A DNA stretch of 63,188 nucleotides, the filler included, from Chiloscyllium plagiosum (taxonomy: Eukaryota), in the NCBI RefSeq assembly GCF_004010195.1. It is 10 parts of 5 records of this genome, joined end to end, with 100 filler letters (N's around TTAATTAATTAA, not from the genome) between each part and the next. Parts side by side here need not be neighbours in the genome. Positions count along the whole stretch, not along the records: positions 21,859 to 26,187 come from NW_025214934.1; positions 26,288 to 33,767 come from NW_025214934.1; positions 33,868 to 41,700 come from NW_025214934.1; 7 more parts are not named here. One strand, 5' to 3'. The notes beneath the pieces were generated by a model. The model saw only the letters and a program-made list of their open reading frames with translations. It made no database searches and had not been told where the DNA came from. The position numbers and the translations under genes are program-made. Positions 24,740 through 37,454 of this stretch are shown in pieces; position 1 is the stretch's first letter, and every line of letters begins with the position of its first letter.

Positions 24740-25125
24740 AATGCTTTCACTGGAAAGACAAAAGCTGAGGGGTGACCTAACAGGGGGTCTCCCAAATTAT
24801 GAGGGGCATCGACAGGGTGGACAGTGAGAGGCTTTCCCCCAGAGTGCAAAGGTCAACTACAAGAGGACAAGGGTCCAAGTTGATAGGGGTAAGTTTAGGG
24901 GAGAGGTGTGGGGAAAATCTTTCACCTGGAAGCTGGTGGGTGACTGGAATCCACTGCTAGTGCAGGTGGCCGAATCAGGTACGTTAGCAATATTTAAGGT
25001 GTATCTTGAGGTGAACAGAGGAATAGATACCAAGCATGGGCGATAAGTATTGGCTCTAAGTAAGGACTAGGAATTGGCATAGGTGGGCTAAAGGTCCAGT
25101 TCCTGGGCTGTATTGTATTGCATTA
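24740..25125 (+). mobile_element. Old CR1 3' fragment
   Basis: gctgaggggtgacctaa..aattatgaggggcatcgacagggtggac.. Confidence 0.6.
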
Positions 25126-25581
25126 TAACCCTTTAACTCATGCTAATTAAAAAGCTGTCTGCCTGTTCTTTAACATTATTCGGTGTCCCTGAGTCCACTG
25201 CACTCTGGACTAGTGACCCTTTGATAGAAGTAATGTACCCTCCTCTCTGTTTGAAATCTGCGATCCCTTGTGACATTTCAGTCACGGACAGAGGAAGCAC
25301 AGAGACCAACAGCAACAGTGCAGTGGAGCTACAAGGGTAGGGGGTGATCTCTCCCCGTCCCCCCCCCCCCGCCCTCAGTGTAGACACTCGTGAGGGTGTG
25401 ATGCCTGTGCCTGACGCTTCCCTGGTTGTTACGGGAGATCTGTCTCTGGCAGAACCTCTCTCTGAACCTGCTCACCAAACTCTCCTGCTCGTCCAATACA
25501 ATTAATCAGAAGGACAGACCATTTGGAAACGTGGAGTGCTGACTGGAGAACTCCACATGGTAACTGAGGGGGTGGCAGAGT

Positions 25582-25745
25582 TATTTAAGAGGCATCTGGA
25601 TGGGTATATGAACAGGAAGGGTTTGGAGGGATATGGGCCGGGTGCTGGCAGGTGGGACTAGATTGGGTTGGGATATCTGGTCGGCATGGACGGGTTGGAC
25701 CGAAGGTTCTGTTTCCGTGCTGTACATCACTATGACTCTATGATC
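25582..25745 (+). mobile_element. CR1 3' UTR
   Basis: tttaagaggcatctggatgggtatatgaac..ctatgactctatga. Confidence 0.85.
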
Positions 25746-25802
25746 CTCTGAAGAGCATCCCACCCAGATCCACCTGCTCTGCTATCCCTGTAACCCTGCA
25801 GA

Positions 25803-26060
25803 CTTTTTAAATTTCAAAATATACTTTATTCATAGAAATAAATCTTTGGTACCTGTACAATTTGTCCTGTCGTTCATAGATATATACATTGCATGTCTTA
25901 ACATTACAGAGAACAGATTGAATTACCCGAATTTACAGTTATCCTATTTACAGTTCCCTTTATTAACCATCCAGTCTCTTGTTATTTAGCTGTGGCTTCA
26001 GTGGAACCCACCTACTGAGTGGGTGCCCTGCTACACGATAGCAAAGGAATCTTCTTTAAC
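25803..26060 (-). mobile_element. Tx1/L1-like 3' UTR fragment
   Basis: ttcaaaatatactttattcat.. is similar to 17640-17800. Confidence 0.55.
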
Positions 26061-26287
26061 CCCCAGTGTATAGGGTTACCGTTGTCCATTTGACTGTCCT
26101 GTCTCTGGGGTAGCTGTCTGCATCCCCATGGTGAGCACAAACTGCTGGACCCTCGCTGGGCTGAGGTAGCTATCCAGGCTCTCACTGNNNNNNNNNNNNN
26201 NNNNNNNNNNNNNNNNNNNNNNNNNNNNNNNTTAATTAATTAANNNNNNNNNNNNNNNNNNNNNNNNNNNNNNNNNNNNNNNNNNNN

Positions 26288-26553
26288 GGAAATAGGCCCT
26301 TCGGCCCAACAAGTCCACACCGACCCTCCAAAGAGTAACCCCCCATTTCCTCTGACTAACAGTACGGACAATTTAGCACGGCCAATTCACCTGACCTGCA
26401 CATCTTTGGACTGTGGGAGGAAACCGGAGCACCCGGAGGAAACCCACGCAGACACGGGGAGAACGTGCAAACTCCACACAGTCAGTCACACGAGGCTGGA
26501 ATCGAACCTGGGACCCTGGTGCTGTGAGGCAGCAGTGCTAACGACTGTGCCAC
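26288..26553 (-). mobile_element. HE1-type V-SINE
   Basis: Reverse-complement HE1 body and head. Confidence 0.87.
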
Positions 26554-26659
26554 CTCTAATAGTCAGTGAGAGAGTTCGGGTCCTGCTCCATTTTGAAGAA
26601 TGGACGACAGAGTGAGATGATTTCTGGCTTAGAGGGAGGGGGCTGAGGGAGAGACTTAG

Positions 26660-28920
26660 AACCCAGCCCCTGTCTGACTCATTTATTCGAGTTTGTAGAA
26701 CAGGTCGTAACCAGAGTGGATAGAGGGGAACCAGTAGATGTATTACATTTAGACTTCCAGAAGGTATTCGACAAGGTACCTCACAAAGGTGGGTGGGACA
26801 CTGAGTTACGATGAAGAAATAAGAAATTTACAAGTGAATATGAAATCAGCCAAAATTTGGCAGATGGAATTGGACGTGGATATGTGTGAGGTTAACCATT
26901 TTTGGCAGGAGGAATAGAAAGGTAACTTACTATCGAAATGGAGAGAAACTTCAGGGTGCAGAGGGATCTGGGTGTCCTGTGCATGATTTGCAGGAAACTA
27001 GTCTGTGGGTAAAAGGAAGACAAAAGGAATTTTGTCATTTATTGCTCAAGGAATAGAGTATAAAAATTGACAAGTGTTGTTGCAAATGTTGCAAGGCATT
27101 AGTGAGACCGAGAGAAAGTGAGGACTGCAGCTCAGAGGTCGAGAGTGTGGCGTTGGAAAAGCACAGCAGGTCAGGCAACATCCAAGGAGCAGATGAGGAA
27201 CAGAGGAGAGGAGACTGTACCTAGAGTCATAGAGCTGTACAGCACAGAAATAGATCCTTTAGCCCGACTGGTCCATGCCGACCAGATATCGTAAATTAAC
27301 CTCGTCTCTGGAATGTCACATCCAGTTTTGGTCCCTTTACTTGAGAAGGGATATTCTTGTGTTGGAGTATGTTCAGAGGAGGTACACTAGATTGATTCAA
27401 GAGAGAGGATTTGGCTTATGAGGAGAGATTGGACAATTTAGGCCCATACTGTGCTGTTTAGAAGAATGTGAGCAGTTCTAATTGAGGGATAGAAGATGTT
27501 AGTGGGGATTGGCTAATTAGATACAGAGAGGATGTTTCCTTGTGTGGGGTGATTTAGAACGAGAGGATAAAGGGACAGCAGGTTTAAAACACAGATCGGA
27601 AGAGATTATTTCCCTCAAAGGATCGTGAATCTGGGGAATTCACTGCCCCAGAGAGCAGTGCGTGCTGGGACACGGAGTCAATTTAAGAAGGAGAGAGGCA
27701 GGTTTTGAATTCGTAAAGGGTTAAAAAGATCTCTTTTGGATCCTTGCGGCAGCAAAGTGGGTCTGGGGTCGAAATGAGCTCAGCCATGGTCGTGGCAAAA
27801 GTGAGGCCTGCAGATGCTGGAGATCAGAGTCGAGATTAGAGTGGTGCTGGAAAAGCGCAGCAGGTCAAGCAGCGTCCGAGGAGCAGGAAAAACAACGTTT
27901 CAGGCAATAGCCGTTCATCAGGAATTCCTAATGAAGGGCTTTTGCCCGAAACGACGATTCTCCAGCTTCTCGGACGCTGCCTGACCCGCTGTGCTTTCCC
28001 AGCACCACTCTGATCTCGACTCAGCCGCGATCGTATCAATTGACAAAGCAGGTTTGAGGGGCTGAATGGCCTTCTCCTAACCCTGGTTCTTATGCAGAAG
28101 GGTTAAGTCATAAGATAAGGCCGCGTGGGGTGTGGAGGTGGTATGTTGACATGGATAGCCAATTAGCTCATGGGCAGGAAACAGCCAGCGATTGGGGCTT
28201 AAGCCCGGGATACGGTTCTTTTCCGGGTTGGCAGCTATGGGAGGAATTCCCCACCGGTCAGTGGTGGGGCCACAACTGTTTGTAATTACATACCGATGAC
28301 TCAGAGGAAGGAAGTGTATGCACGAACCGCTGGCTGTTTCCTGCCCATGAGCTAATTGGCTATCCATGTCAACATACCACCTCCACACCCAACGCGGCCT
28401 TATCTTATGACTTAACCCTTCTGCATAAGAACCAGGAGTAGGAGAAGGCCATTCAGCCCCTCAAACCTGCTTTGTCAATTGATACGATCGCGGCTGAGTC
28501 GAGATTAGAGTGGCGCTGGGAAAGCACAGCAGGTCAGGCAGCGTCCGAGGAGCAGGCGACACAAATGATCGGTGAAATGGGAGGCAGCGGGAGGGATACA
28601 AGCAGGTGACTGAGAGAGACCGATAGGCTTTATAAGGGCGCCAAACGCTAGGCCTGGATTGACCGGAGTTTAGTGGGATATGAGGGGACTTGGTTCAGGC
28701 TATTTCAAATACAGCTGAGGTGAAACTTTTTCCCACAGAAAGCTGTGAACCTTTGGGCTGATCTTTCTCAAAAGAGCGAAAGCTTTGAATATTTTCAAGA
28801 TAGAGGAAGATAAATTAATGATAAATAAGGGGTCAGGGTGGGTGGGGGGGGGGGGGGGAAAGATGGACAGGGGCAATCAGACCATGGCAAACCAGGGTAC
28901 TGCTGCTCCTAGTTTCTGTG
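26660..28920 (+). mobile_element. Cluster of degraded CR1 RT/3' fragments with nested PLE pieces
   Basis: gtagatgtattacatttagacttccagaaggtattcgacaaggtacctcac (VDVLHLDFQKVFDKVPH) and further CR1 segments. Confidence 0.7.
27797..28020. mobile_element. Fold-back PLE-derived mini-element (family B) with two back-to-back hammerhead-like motifs
   Basis: Arms are inverted around ttcatcagGAATTCctaatgaag (about 27921-27926). It is flanked by the diverged duplication tcagccatggtcgt / tcagccgcgatcgt. Confidence 0.75.
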
Positions 28921-29324
28921 TGGAAGCATCTCCGTGGGCAGGTTTATTTAATTCTCAAAAGGCCCTAGTTCCAGGGGAGGACAGAGGAAACAGAACAAAG
29001 ACATTTGGAAGGTCTCTCTGACAATGTCAGCTGGGAGCACTCTCACCATCGACACTGGTCACAACTTGATCGTGCTTCACGCTCAACACCCGAAGGTGAT
29101 TTGATTTAATTTATTGGTGCCACATGTACCGAGATACAGTGAGTAGCATTGTTCTGCGTGCCCTTCAGACAGATCGTATTGGACAAAGTGCATCTGAGTA
29201 ATACAGCCACAGCGTATTTACAGTAATTACAGTCACAGAGAAGGTGCAGAGAGAGAGAGAGAGAGAGATCAACATTTCAGAGGTCGGTTCGAAAATCTGA
29301 TAACGGCGGGGTAGAAGTTGCTCT

Positions 29325-29568
29325 TAGAGTCATAGAATCCCCATAGTCAGGAAGGAGGCCATTTGGCCCATCCAGCCCACACAACCCTCCAGAGAACGTC
29401 ACACCCACCCTACCCTATCCCTGTAACCCCTGCATTTCCCACGGCCAATTCACCTGACCTGCTCATCTTTGGACTGCGGGAGGAAACCGGAGCACCCGGA
29501 GGAAACCCACGCAGACACGGGGAGAACGTGCAAACTCCACGCAGTCAGTCGCCTGAGGCGGGAATCAA
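29325..29568 (-). mobile_element. HE1-like V-SINE (5' truncated)
   Basis: ggaggaaaccggagcacccggaggaaacccacgcagacacggggagaacgtgcaaactcc. Confidence 0.85.
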
Positions 29569-29604
29569 GTGCCTACTCTGTGACACCGTTGTACCCCAAG
29601 CTAC

Positions 29605-30530
29605 GGAGTCATACAGCAAGGAGACCCACTCTTTGTGCAACCAGTCCACACTGCCATAATCCCAAACTAAACTAAATTCACCTACATCCCTCAACACACC
29701 TTTTTACTCATCTACTTATCTAAACGCCTTTTAAACTTTGTAACTCTACCCTCACCCACCATTTCCTCTGGACGTTAATTCCACACATGAACCACTCTCT
29801 GTGTAAAATACTTTGCCCCCTTGCCTTTTTTATATCTTTCCTCTCTCACCTTAAACAATGTGCCCCCTGGTGTTGAAATCCCCTACCCTAGGGAAAAACA
29901 GACATCTGCCATTCACCTTATCTAGACCCCTCATGATTTTAGAAACCTCTACACTCCAGTGAAAAAAGTCCCAGCCTCTCCAGATCACTCAGAGTCTCCA
30001 CTCCCAGCAGGTTCTGGTAAATCTCTTCTGAACCCTCTCCAGGTAAGATTAGATTCCCTACAGCGTGGAAACAGGCCCTTCAGCCCAACACGTCCACACT
30101 GACCCTCCGAACAGCAACCCACCCAGACCCATTTCCCTCTGACTAATGCTCCTAACACTACGGGACAATTTCCCAGGGCCAGTTCACCCTGACCTGCACA
30201 TCTTTGGACTGTGGGAGGAAACCGGAGCAAACCCACACAGACATGGGGAGAACATGCAAACTCCACACAGACAGTTGCCTGAGGCGGGAATTGAACCCCG
30301 GTCTCCGGCGCTGTGAGGCAGCAGCGCTAACCACTGTGCCACCCTTGTTTGTTTAACCAAAGTACCTCACGTTTATCCAAATTAAACTCCATCTGCCATT
30401 CCTCAGCCCCATGACCCAATTTGTTCAAAACCCTGTTGTACTCTTCCATCACCTTCTTCACTGTCCACTATAAGATCAGTTTTGACGTCATCGGCAAACT
30501 TACTAACCGTCTTGAATCTGTATTCAAACA
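29605..30530 (-). mobile_element. CR1 fragment split by an HE1 SINE (30045-30343)
   Basis: CR1 3' UTR and RT similarity on both sides of a complete reverse HE1 with an agatt tail. Confidence 0.75.
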
Positions 30531-31109
30531 CATATTCGAGCTTTTATATCTCCTGCCCAGAAGAGGCTCTTCAGCCCATCATATCTGCACTGAACATCAG
30601 GCATTTATCAGTTGAACCCCTTTCCCAGCTCTTGGCCTTCTATCTAATGGCATTTTGAGTGCTCAGCTAAACTCCTGTGAAATACTTTCCTGCCGCAAAC
30701 TTCCTTCCCCAGTAAAAAAAAAACGCGATTCCTCAAATCCACTCGAAACCATCTGCTCTTTTTCCCGTCAAACTGTGCTCCTGGTTATTGACCAAAGCGG
30801 GGGGCAAGTTTCTCCCTAATTACCCTGTCTATGTCCCTCAGAACTTTGTACAGTCCCTCCAGGAAGCCCCTCACCTCTCCCCACCCCCGCCACCACATTC
30901 CCTTAGGAAAACAATCCCGGCCCATCCAGTCTCTCCTCATCGCTGACCCACTCTAGGTGAGAGTGCTGCTGGAAAAGCACAGCATCCGAGGAGGAGGAAG
31001 CCCTTCATCAGGAATGAATGAACCACTCTAACTCAGGCAACGTCCAGCTCCTATCCTGAGGCAGCAGGAACTGCACACGGTTACTCCAGCTGTGACTGAA
31101 CCCACATTA

Positions 31110-31200
31110 TACCAGAGGCACCTCGATTATCCGCAGGACAGGGGTGGGGAGTATTTTGTTCGGATAATGGAATGCTGGTTAATTGAGGTTCCCCCTGTAT
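31110..31200. mobile_element. Short Tigger-like MITE
   Basis: ta-ccagaggcacctcgattatccg ... ggttaattgaggttccccctg-ta inverted termini. Confidence 0.55.
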
Positions 31201-31709
31201 ACCGTTGTTTCAGCTCCCCTGCCCTTGTATTCAGCGCCCTGTGTAATGGGGTAAGTATCCTGTGTACCTCTTACCCACCTTCTCTACTCGTCCCGTTGCC
31301 ATTGAATCAGGATTCAGGGAGTGCTCCCTTCCCGTGTTAATCCTCCCAAAGTACATCACGTCACACATTTCAGGGTTAAATTCCATTTGCTACCGTTCAG
31401 CCTGACTGTACCATTCTGTAATCTAAGGGTTTCACTACTTAACGCACCAACATCTGTGTATTTGCAGACGGCACTGCTCACTTTCAAGTGTCGATCATTA
31501 ATGTATACACCAAGGCAGCCAGCATTAAACCCTGTAGTTCACAACAGGGCACACGCTTCCAGTCACAAAAACACCCTTTGGCCAACACTCTATGTATCTC
31601 GCAACAAAGCCAATTCCAGGTGCAATTTGCCAAATCTGCATCCCATGGGCTCAAAACGTCTAAAGCATGATCCTCATCCACACACACCTCGTCACCTCCT
31701 CAACTTTGT

Positions 31710-31913
31710 CAGTCATACAGATGTACAGCAGGGAAACAGACCCTTCGGTCCAACCCGTCCATGGCGACCAGATATCCCAACCCAATCTAGTCCCACCTCC
31801 CAGCACCCGGCCCATATCCCTCCAAACCCTTCCTATTCATATACCCATCCAAATGCCTCTTAAATGTTGCAATTGTACCAGCCTCCATCACTTCCTCTGG
31901 CAGCTCATTCCAT
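31710..31913 (-). mobile_element. CR1 3' end
   Basis: WNELPEEVMEAGTIATFKRHLDGYMNRKGLEGYGPGAGRWD. Confidence 0.88.
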
Positions 31914-32619
31914 ANNNNNNNNNNNNNNNNNNNNNNNNNNNNNNNNNNNNNNNNNNNNNNNNNNNNNNNNNNNNNNNNNNNNNNNNNNNNNNNNNNNNNN
32001 NNNNNNNNNNNNNNNNNNNNNNNNNNNNNNNNNNNNNNNNNNNNNNNNNNNNNNNNNNNNNNNNNNNNNNNNNNNNNNNNNNNNNNNNNNNNNNNNNNNN
32101 NNNNNNNNNNNNNNNNNNNNNNNNNNNNNNNNNNNNNNNNNNNNNNNNNNNNNNNNNNNNNNNNNNNNNNNNNNNNNNNNNNNNNNNNNNNNNNNNNNNN
32201 NNNNNNNNNNNNNNNNNNNNNNNNNNNNNNNNNNNNNNNNNNNNNNNNNNNNNNNNNNNNNNNNNNNNNNNNNNNNNNNNNNNNNNNNNNNNNNNNNNNN
32301 NNNNNNNNNNNNNNNNNNNNNNNNNNNNNNNNNNNNNNNNNNNNNNNNNNNNNNNNNNNNNNNNNNNNNNNNNNNNNNNNNNNNNNNNNNNNNNNNNNNN
32401 NNNNNNNNNNNNNNNNNNNNNNNNNNNNNNNNNNNNNNNNNNNNNNNNNNNNNNNNNNNNNNNNNNNNNNNNNNNNNNNNNNNNNNNNNNNNNNNNNNNN
32501 NNNNNNNNNNNNNNNNNNNNNNNNNNNNNNNNNNNNNNNNNNNNNNNNNNNNNNNNNNNNNNNNNNNNNNNNNNNNNNNNNNNNNNNNNNNNNNNNNNNN
32601 NNNNNNNNNNNNNNNNNNN

Positions 32620-32856
32620 TTCTTCCTGACCTCTCCGCCCCCACCCCAGTCTGACCTATCACCCTCACCTTGACCTCCTTCCACCTATCACATTTCCGAC
32701 GCCCCTCCCCCAAGTCCCTCTTCCCTACCTTTTATCTTAGCCTGCTGGACAAACTTTCCTCATTCCTGAAGAAGGACATATGCCCGAAATGTCGATTCTC
32801 CTGCTTCTTGGATGCTGCCTGACCTGCTGCGCTTTTCCAGCAACACATTTTCAGCT
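32620..32856 (+). mobile_element. PLE 3' terminal repeat (family B) with a hammerhead-like motif at ~32763-32797
   Basis: C-rich tract followed by ttcCTGAAGAaggacatatgcccGAAAtgTCgatt. Homologous to 59720-60080. Confidence 0.75.
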
Positions 32857-33867
32857 ACTGATGTAAACCCTCAGCTTTCTCTTCCAGTTTCCATAAAGAT
32901 TGCCAGTTAGGTCTCTGCTCTTGCCCTGGATATTTCCTGCCCCTAATGTATTTATAATTTATGTCTGTTCAAGATGGCGGCGGTGGAGCAGGGCTGAGCC
33001 CAGGCCTCGTCTGCTTTCTTTCTCTTTTACTTTCTCCTTTTTGCTTTCCCTCTTTGTTTTCTTTTCTTTAAAGTGTTGGCTGAAGGAGACCTCCAGAGGC
33101 AGCAAACCCAGGACCACCCGGACAAAGGGTCCACCCCCAGCCCCAGGGTCTCAGGGCAAGCGAGGAGTAGGCCCCAGGCTGATTCCACCTCGCCGCCCCC
33201 CCCGCCGACCCCGGCCCCCAACTCGCAGGCTCCAATCCCAAATATCCCCCGCCCCCAGAAGGTCCAACCCCTCCCACCAGCCCCCCAACTCCACCCCACC
33301 CCACCCCCAGGCCCCCACCCCCAGCTTGGACGCGGTGGTCATGATTGTGACAACAGGAGGGGCCTGTACCCAAGGCCCGAGATCCCGATAGGGAGGCTCC
33401 CAGCGAGTGTGAAGCAGCGACTGCCAGAGCAGCACCACAGACAGGAAGGGGGAAAGGTGAAGGTGGTTGCTGTCAAACCTTGCGGTACAGTAGGTGTCAC
33501 CACCCCACCCTCCCCTAACCCCGTACCCGTGGGGATAGATTCCCCGATCTACCGCAGAAACCCAGAATCGCGGATAGGAGTGAACCCATTCACTTCAACA
33601 GGAAATTTACCTTCCTGGGTCGCCCTGTATATTCAAGATGGTGCCCCGTGAGACAGAATCACCATCCCACTTACCCACACTAGCCTTGCATGTTCTGGCA
33701 CTTCAAGAGGTCATCCAAGTCCCTTTTTTAAAGACTGTGAGGTTTCCCACCTCCATCGCTTTCCCAGNNNNNNNNNNNNNNNNNNNNNNNNNNNNNNNNN
33801 NNNNNNNNNNNTTAATTAATTAANNNNNNNNNNNNNNNNNNNNNNNNNNNNNNNNNNNNNNNNNNNN

Positions 33868-34470
33868 TGTGTGTGGAGGTGCAGGTGAATCTGTGGCGGA
33901 TATGGAAGTTTCCTTTGGGGCCTTGGAGGGTGGTGAGGGGGGAGGTGTGGGGGGAGGTGAGGGGGGAGGTGTGGGCTCAGGTTTTCCAATTCCTGCGATG
34001 TTTCTGGAGGTTCTGAATTGGCAGCAGGTACTGGTTGTCCTGCACTTTATTTACCTGCACTTCCACACACGTTATCTGCTGTATACGTTGCTCCTGATGC
34101 GGTCTCCTCGACACTGGGGGGGACCAACCCCACTGCCCCGTGGCCGAATAATTTAACTCCCCCTCCCACTCTGCCAAGGACGTGCAGGTCCTGGGCCTCC
34201 TCCGCCACCGCTCCCTCACCACCAGACGCCTGGAAGAAGAACACCTCATCTTCCCCCTCGGAACACTTCAACCCCAGGGCATCAATGTGGACTTCAACAG
34301 CTTCCTCATTTCTCCTTCCCCCACCTCACCCCAGTTCCAAACTTCCAGCTCAGCACTGTCCCCATGACCTGTCCTACCTGCCAATCTCCCTTCCCACCTC
34401 TCCACTCCACCATCCCCTCTGACCTATCACCTTTACCCCCACCTCCATCCACCTATTGTACTCTCACCTT
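33868..34470 (+). mobile_element. PLE GIY-YIG endonuclease fragment with a short inverted 5' piece
   Basis: VQVLGLLRHRSLTTRRLEEEHLIFPLGTLQPQGINVDF matches 59496-59723. 33868-33975 is inverted relative to it. Confidence 0.8.
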
Positions 34471-35817
34471 CCTTTCTTCCAGCCCGAGCTTATCCAGCCT
34501 CCCTTTGGAGATAACCTGCTCCAGTCCGAGGCAGTATTCTGGTGAACCTCCTCTGCATCCTCCCCCCAGTGCAATCCCATCCTTCCTATAGTGTGGGGAC
34601 CAGAACAGCACAGAGTCCTTCAGCTGGGGCCTAACCCACAGTCATGTCCAGCTCCAACATAACCCCCCTGCTCTCATCATCCACGCTGTGACCACTCTAT
34701 TGGCCTGTCCCTGACCTTCTGCGGTCTATGGACAAGTATCCCACCATCCCTCTGTTTTTCTGAACTTGCGAGCGTCCAGCTATTCATTGAACGCGTCCTT
34801 GCCTCCTTTCCGTTCCAAAGTGCATTCACCTCACATTTGAAAGCTGGTGCTTCCAATTAAACCTGTTGGACTATAACCTGGTGTTGTGTGATTTTTAACT
34901 TTGTCCACCCCAGATTTATCCACCTGACGCCGAGCTGCCCATCTGACTCATCTGTTTCTATCCTCCTGTAACTCAACATCTTCGTCCTCACTGTCAAACA
35001 CCCAGCCAGTCCATCTGCAAACTTACTTACCACCTCCCCCCACCACACTCTCAGCAACGCCATTTCAGAATATTACCAACAGTAACAGACCCAGCAGTGA
35101 TCCCTGCCACTGCCCCCTGTCACTGAGTCAAGTTTGGATCCAAATTCCAGGTGATCTGGATATCTTGTGTTTTCAGCTCGTTTATCAGTCTCCCATGTCA
35201 GATTTTACTGAAATCCATGTAACTAACATCATCCGCACTACCCTCATCTTCACAACTTGGTCAACCTCTCGAAAAATTGCATCAGATTTGTTAGACCTGA
35301 GCTTCCTCTGTCAACGCTACGCTATCCCTGATCAAACCGTCCCTCTCCAAATGGAGATTAATTCTCTCCTTCAGCATTTTCTCCAGTGGATTCCCTCGGA
35401 TCGATGAACTGTATTTCCCCTCAGCCACCCTTCTGGTGAAATGGGATCACTCGGATGCTGCCTGAACTGCTGTGCTCTTCCAGCACCACTGATCCAGAAT
35501 CTGGTTTCCAGCATCTGCAGTCATTGTTTTTACCACATTAACTGTCCTCCAGTCCTCTAGCACCTCCCTGTGGCCAGTGAGGAATTAAACATCCAGGTCA
35601 GGGACACTGGAGATTTCCCCGCTCATCGCCCACGACAGCTTCCGACTTGGACAAAATATAAACGGATGATTACAGAGAGAAACAAGGAAAAGATCATTCC
35701 AGGAACTTGAGTGGGATTCTGAAGTCATTTCAGAAGCTGTTGCATTTCAGGGACATCGTCTCTGGGGCTGAGCGCGTAATAAAATAATCAAATTGTCTCC
35801 TTCTAAAACCCTGGGTC

Positions 35818-35994
35818 AAATCGTGTGGCGCTGGAAAAGCACAGCCGGTCAGGCAGCATCCGAGGAGCAGGAGAGTCGACGATTCGAGCATAAGCCCTTC
35901 ATCAGGAACGTCGACTCTCCTGCTCCTCGGATGCTGCCTGACCTGCTGCGCTTTTCCAGCGCCACACTCTCGACTCTGACTCTCCAGCCCCCAC
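35818..35994. mobile_element. Fold-back PLE-derived mini-element (family B)
   Basis: Inverted arms joined at cccttcatcagg|aacgtcgactc. Flanked by the diverged direct repeat tgtctccttctaaaaccctgg / tgtctcctcctgaaacctgg. Confidence 0.72.
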
Positions 35995-36409
35995 TGTCTC
36001 CTCCTGAAACCTGGCTCTTGAGTTTGTGACCTGTGACACAATGGCATCCTCTGCTGGTGGCTGACTGCCACTACAAGTGGGGGCAGTACCCTTCAGGATA
36101 CAGCCTTGTTGTTAGAATGACGGGCACCCCTACAGTCCCAGAGTGCAGATGGAGAGGGCAGCACTTTGGGTAAAACACACGAATTAAGGGCCCCTTCAGC
36201 TTGCTGATAATTCATGGCTAAGCCAATCATGGCCTCAAATCCATATTTATGTCCATTTTTGTTCAACTTGGTCTTCACCTCATTGACCCAAACTCCGTGA
36301 CTGTCCAGGGGAGGGAAATGCACAGATTAATAAACTCTGTAAGCACAGCTCTCCAGAGCTCCCCAGGAAACTATTACTCCATCAGGGACTGAATGACATT
36401 AACGTTAAG

Positions 36410-37180
36410 TAAAACATCAGTAATGAGGAAATTAATGGAATTATGGAGTGGCAAATTCCCTCTGGACCTGTTGTTTTCCCTAAGAATTGGGAGAGGACTT
36501 TGTAGACACCTCTAACTCTAATCTTTCAGGGTTTGGCGACATACAGGAGTCCTTCCCCCTGGACTGGAAAATTGCACCGTGTCACTCCACTATTTAAAGA
36601 AGGATTAAAGTGAAAAACAAGGGAATTACACACCTTTGGATGGCAGGAGGAAACTCTACTCAGACACAGGGAGAATGTGCAAACTCCACACAGACAGTCA
36701 CCCGAGGCAGGGATTGAACCTGGGACCCTGGTGCTGTGAGGCAGCCGTGCTAACCACTGAGCCACCCAGTTATCAGTTAATCAGGCAGAGCCAGCATGGA
36801 TTTATGACTGATAGGTCATTCCTGACCAACCTCCTCAAATGTTTTGAATAGATGATTAAGGTAGAGGATGGGGCATGTCTTTCAATGTTGTTTGTTTGGA
36901 CTTCCTGAAGGCAGTTGATTAAAATCCCATAAGAGAGACCGTTAACGAAGGTGAGGCCCATGGAGTGCAGGGCAAATTACTGATCTAGCTGGGAAATTGG
37001 TGACGTAGCGGGAGACCGGAATTAGGATAATAGGTAGGTACTCAAATTGGCAAGATATGACCAGTGAGGCCCGATAAGGATCTGTGATAGGGCCTCAATT
37101 ATTAATATTATTAATGAGCTGCATAATGGCAGTCAAAGTCAGATCCCAAGTTTACTGAGAGCACAAAATTAGGCAGCATT
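36410..37180 (+). mobile_element. Degraded CR1 RT fragment with a nested HE1 SINE (36630-36766, minus)
   Basis: QLIRQSQHGFMTDRSFLTNLLKCFE; the SINE head is in reverse complement. Confidence 0.7.
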
Positions 37181-37454
37181 ATAGACAGAGTTTGTTCATG
37201 CATTCACAGGGTATGGGCGTCTGCCATACNNNNNNNNNNNNNNNNNNNNNNNNNNNNNNNNNNNNNNNNNNNNNNNNNNNNNNNNNNNNNNNNNNNNNNN
37301 NNNNNNNNNNNNNNNNNNNNNNNNNNNNNNNNNNNNNNNNNNNNNGAGACTGTTCCGTGGCTTTCTCCGCCCCCCCAAACACACCTCCCCCCCGCAACAC
37401 CACACACCAGACTTTGCTCACTTTTTTGCAAGGTTTGTGAAGGTTTGTAGCTCA

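Noticed and set aside
32970..33650. GC/Pro-rich ORFs after caagatggcggcgg
   Set aside because: The sequence is low-complexity and possibly an L1-like 5' UTR (similar starts near 8860 and 48776); no recognisable protein domain.
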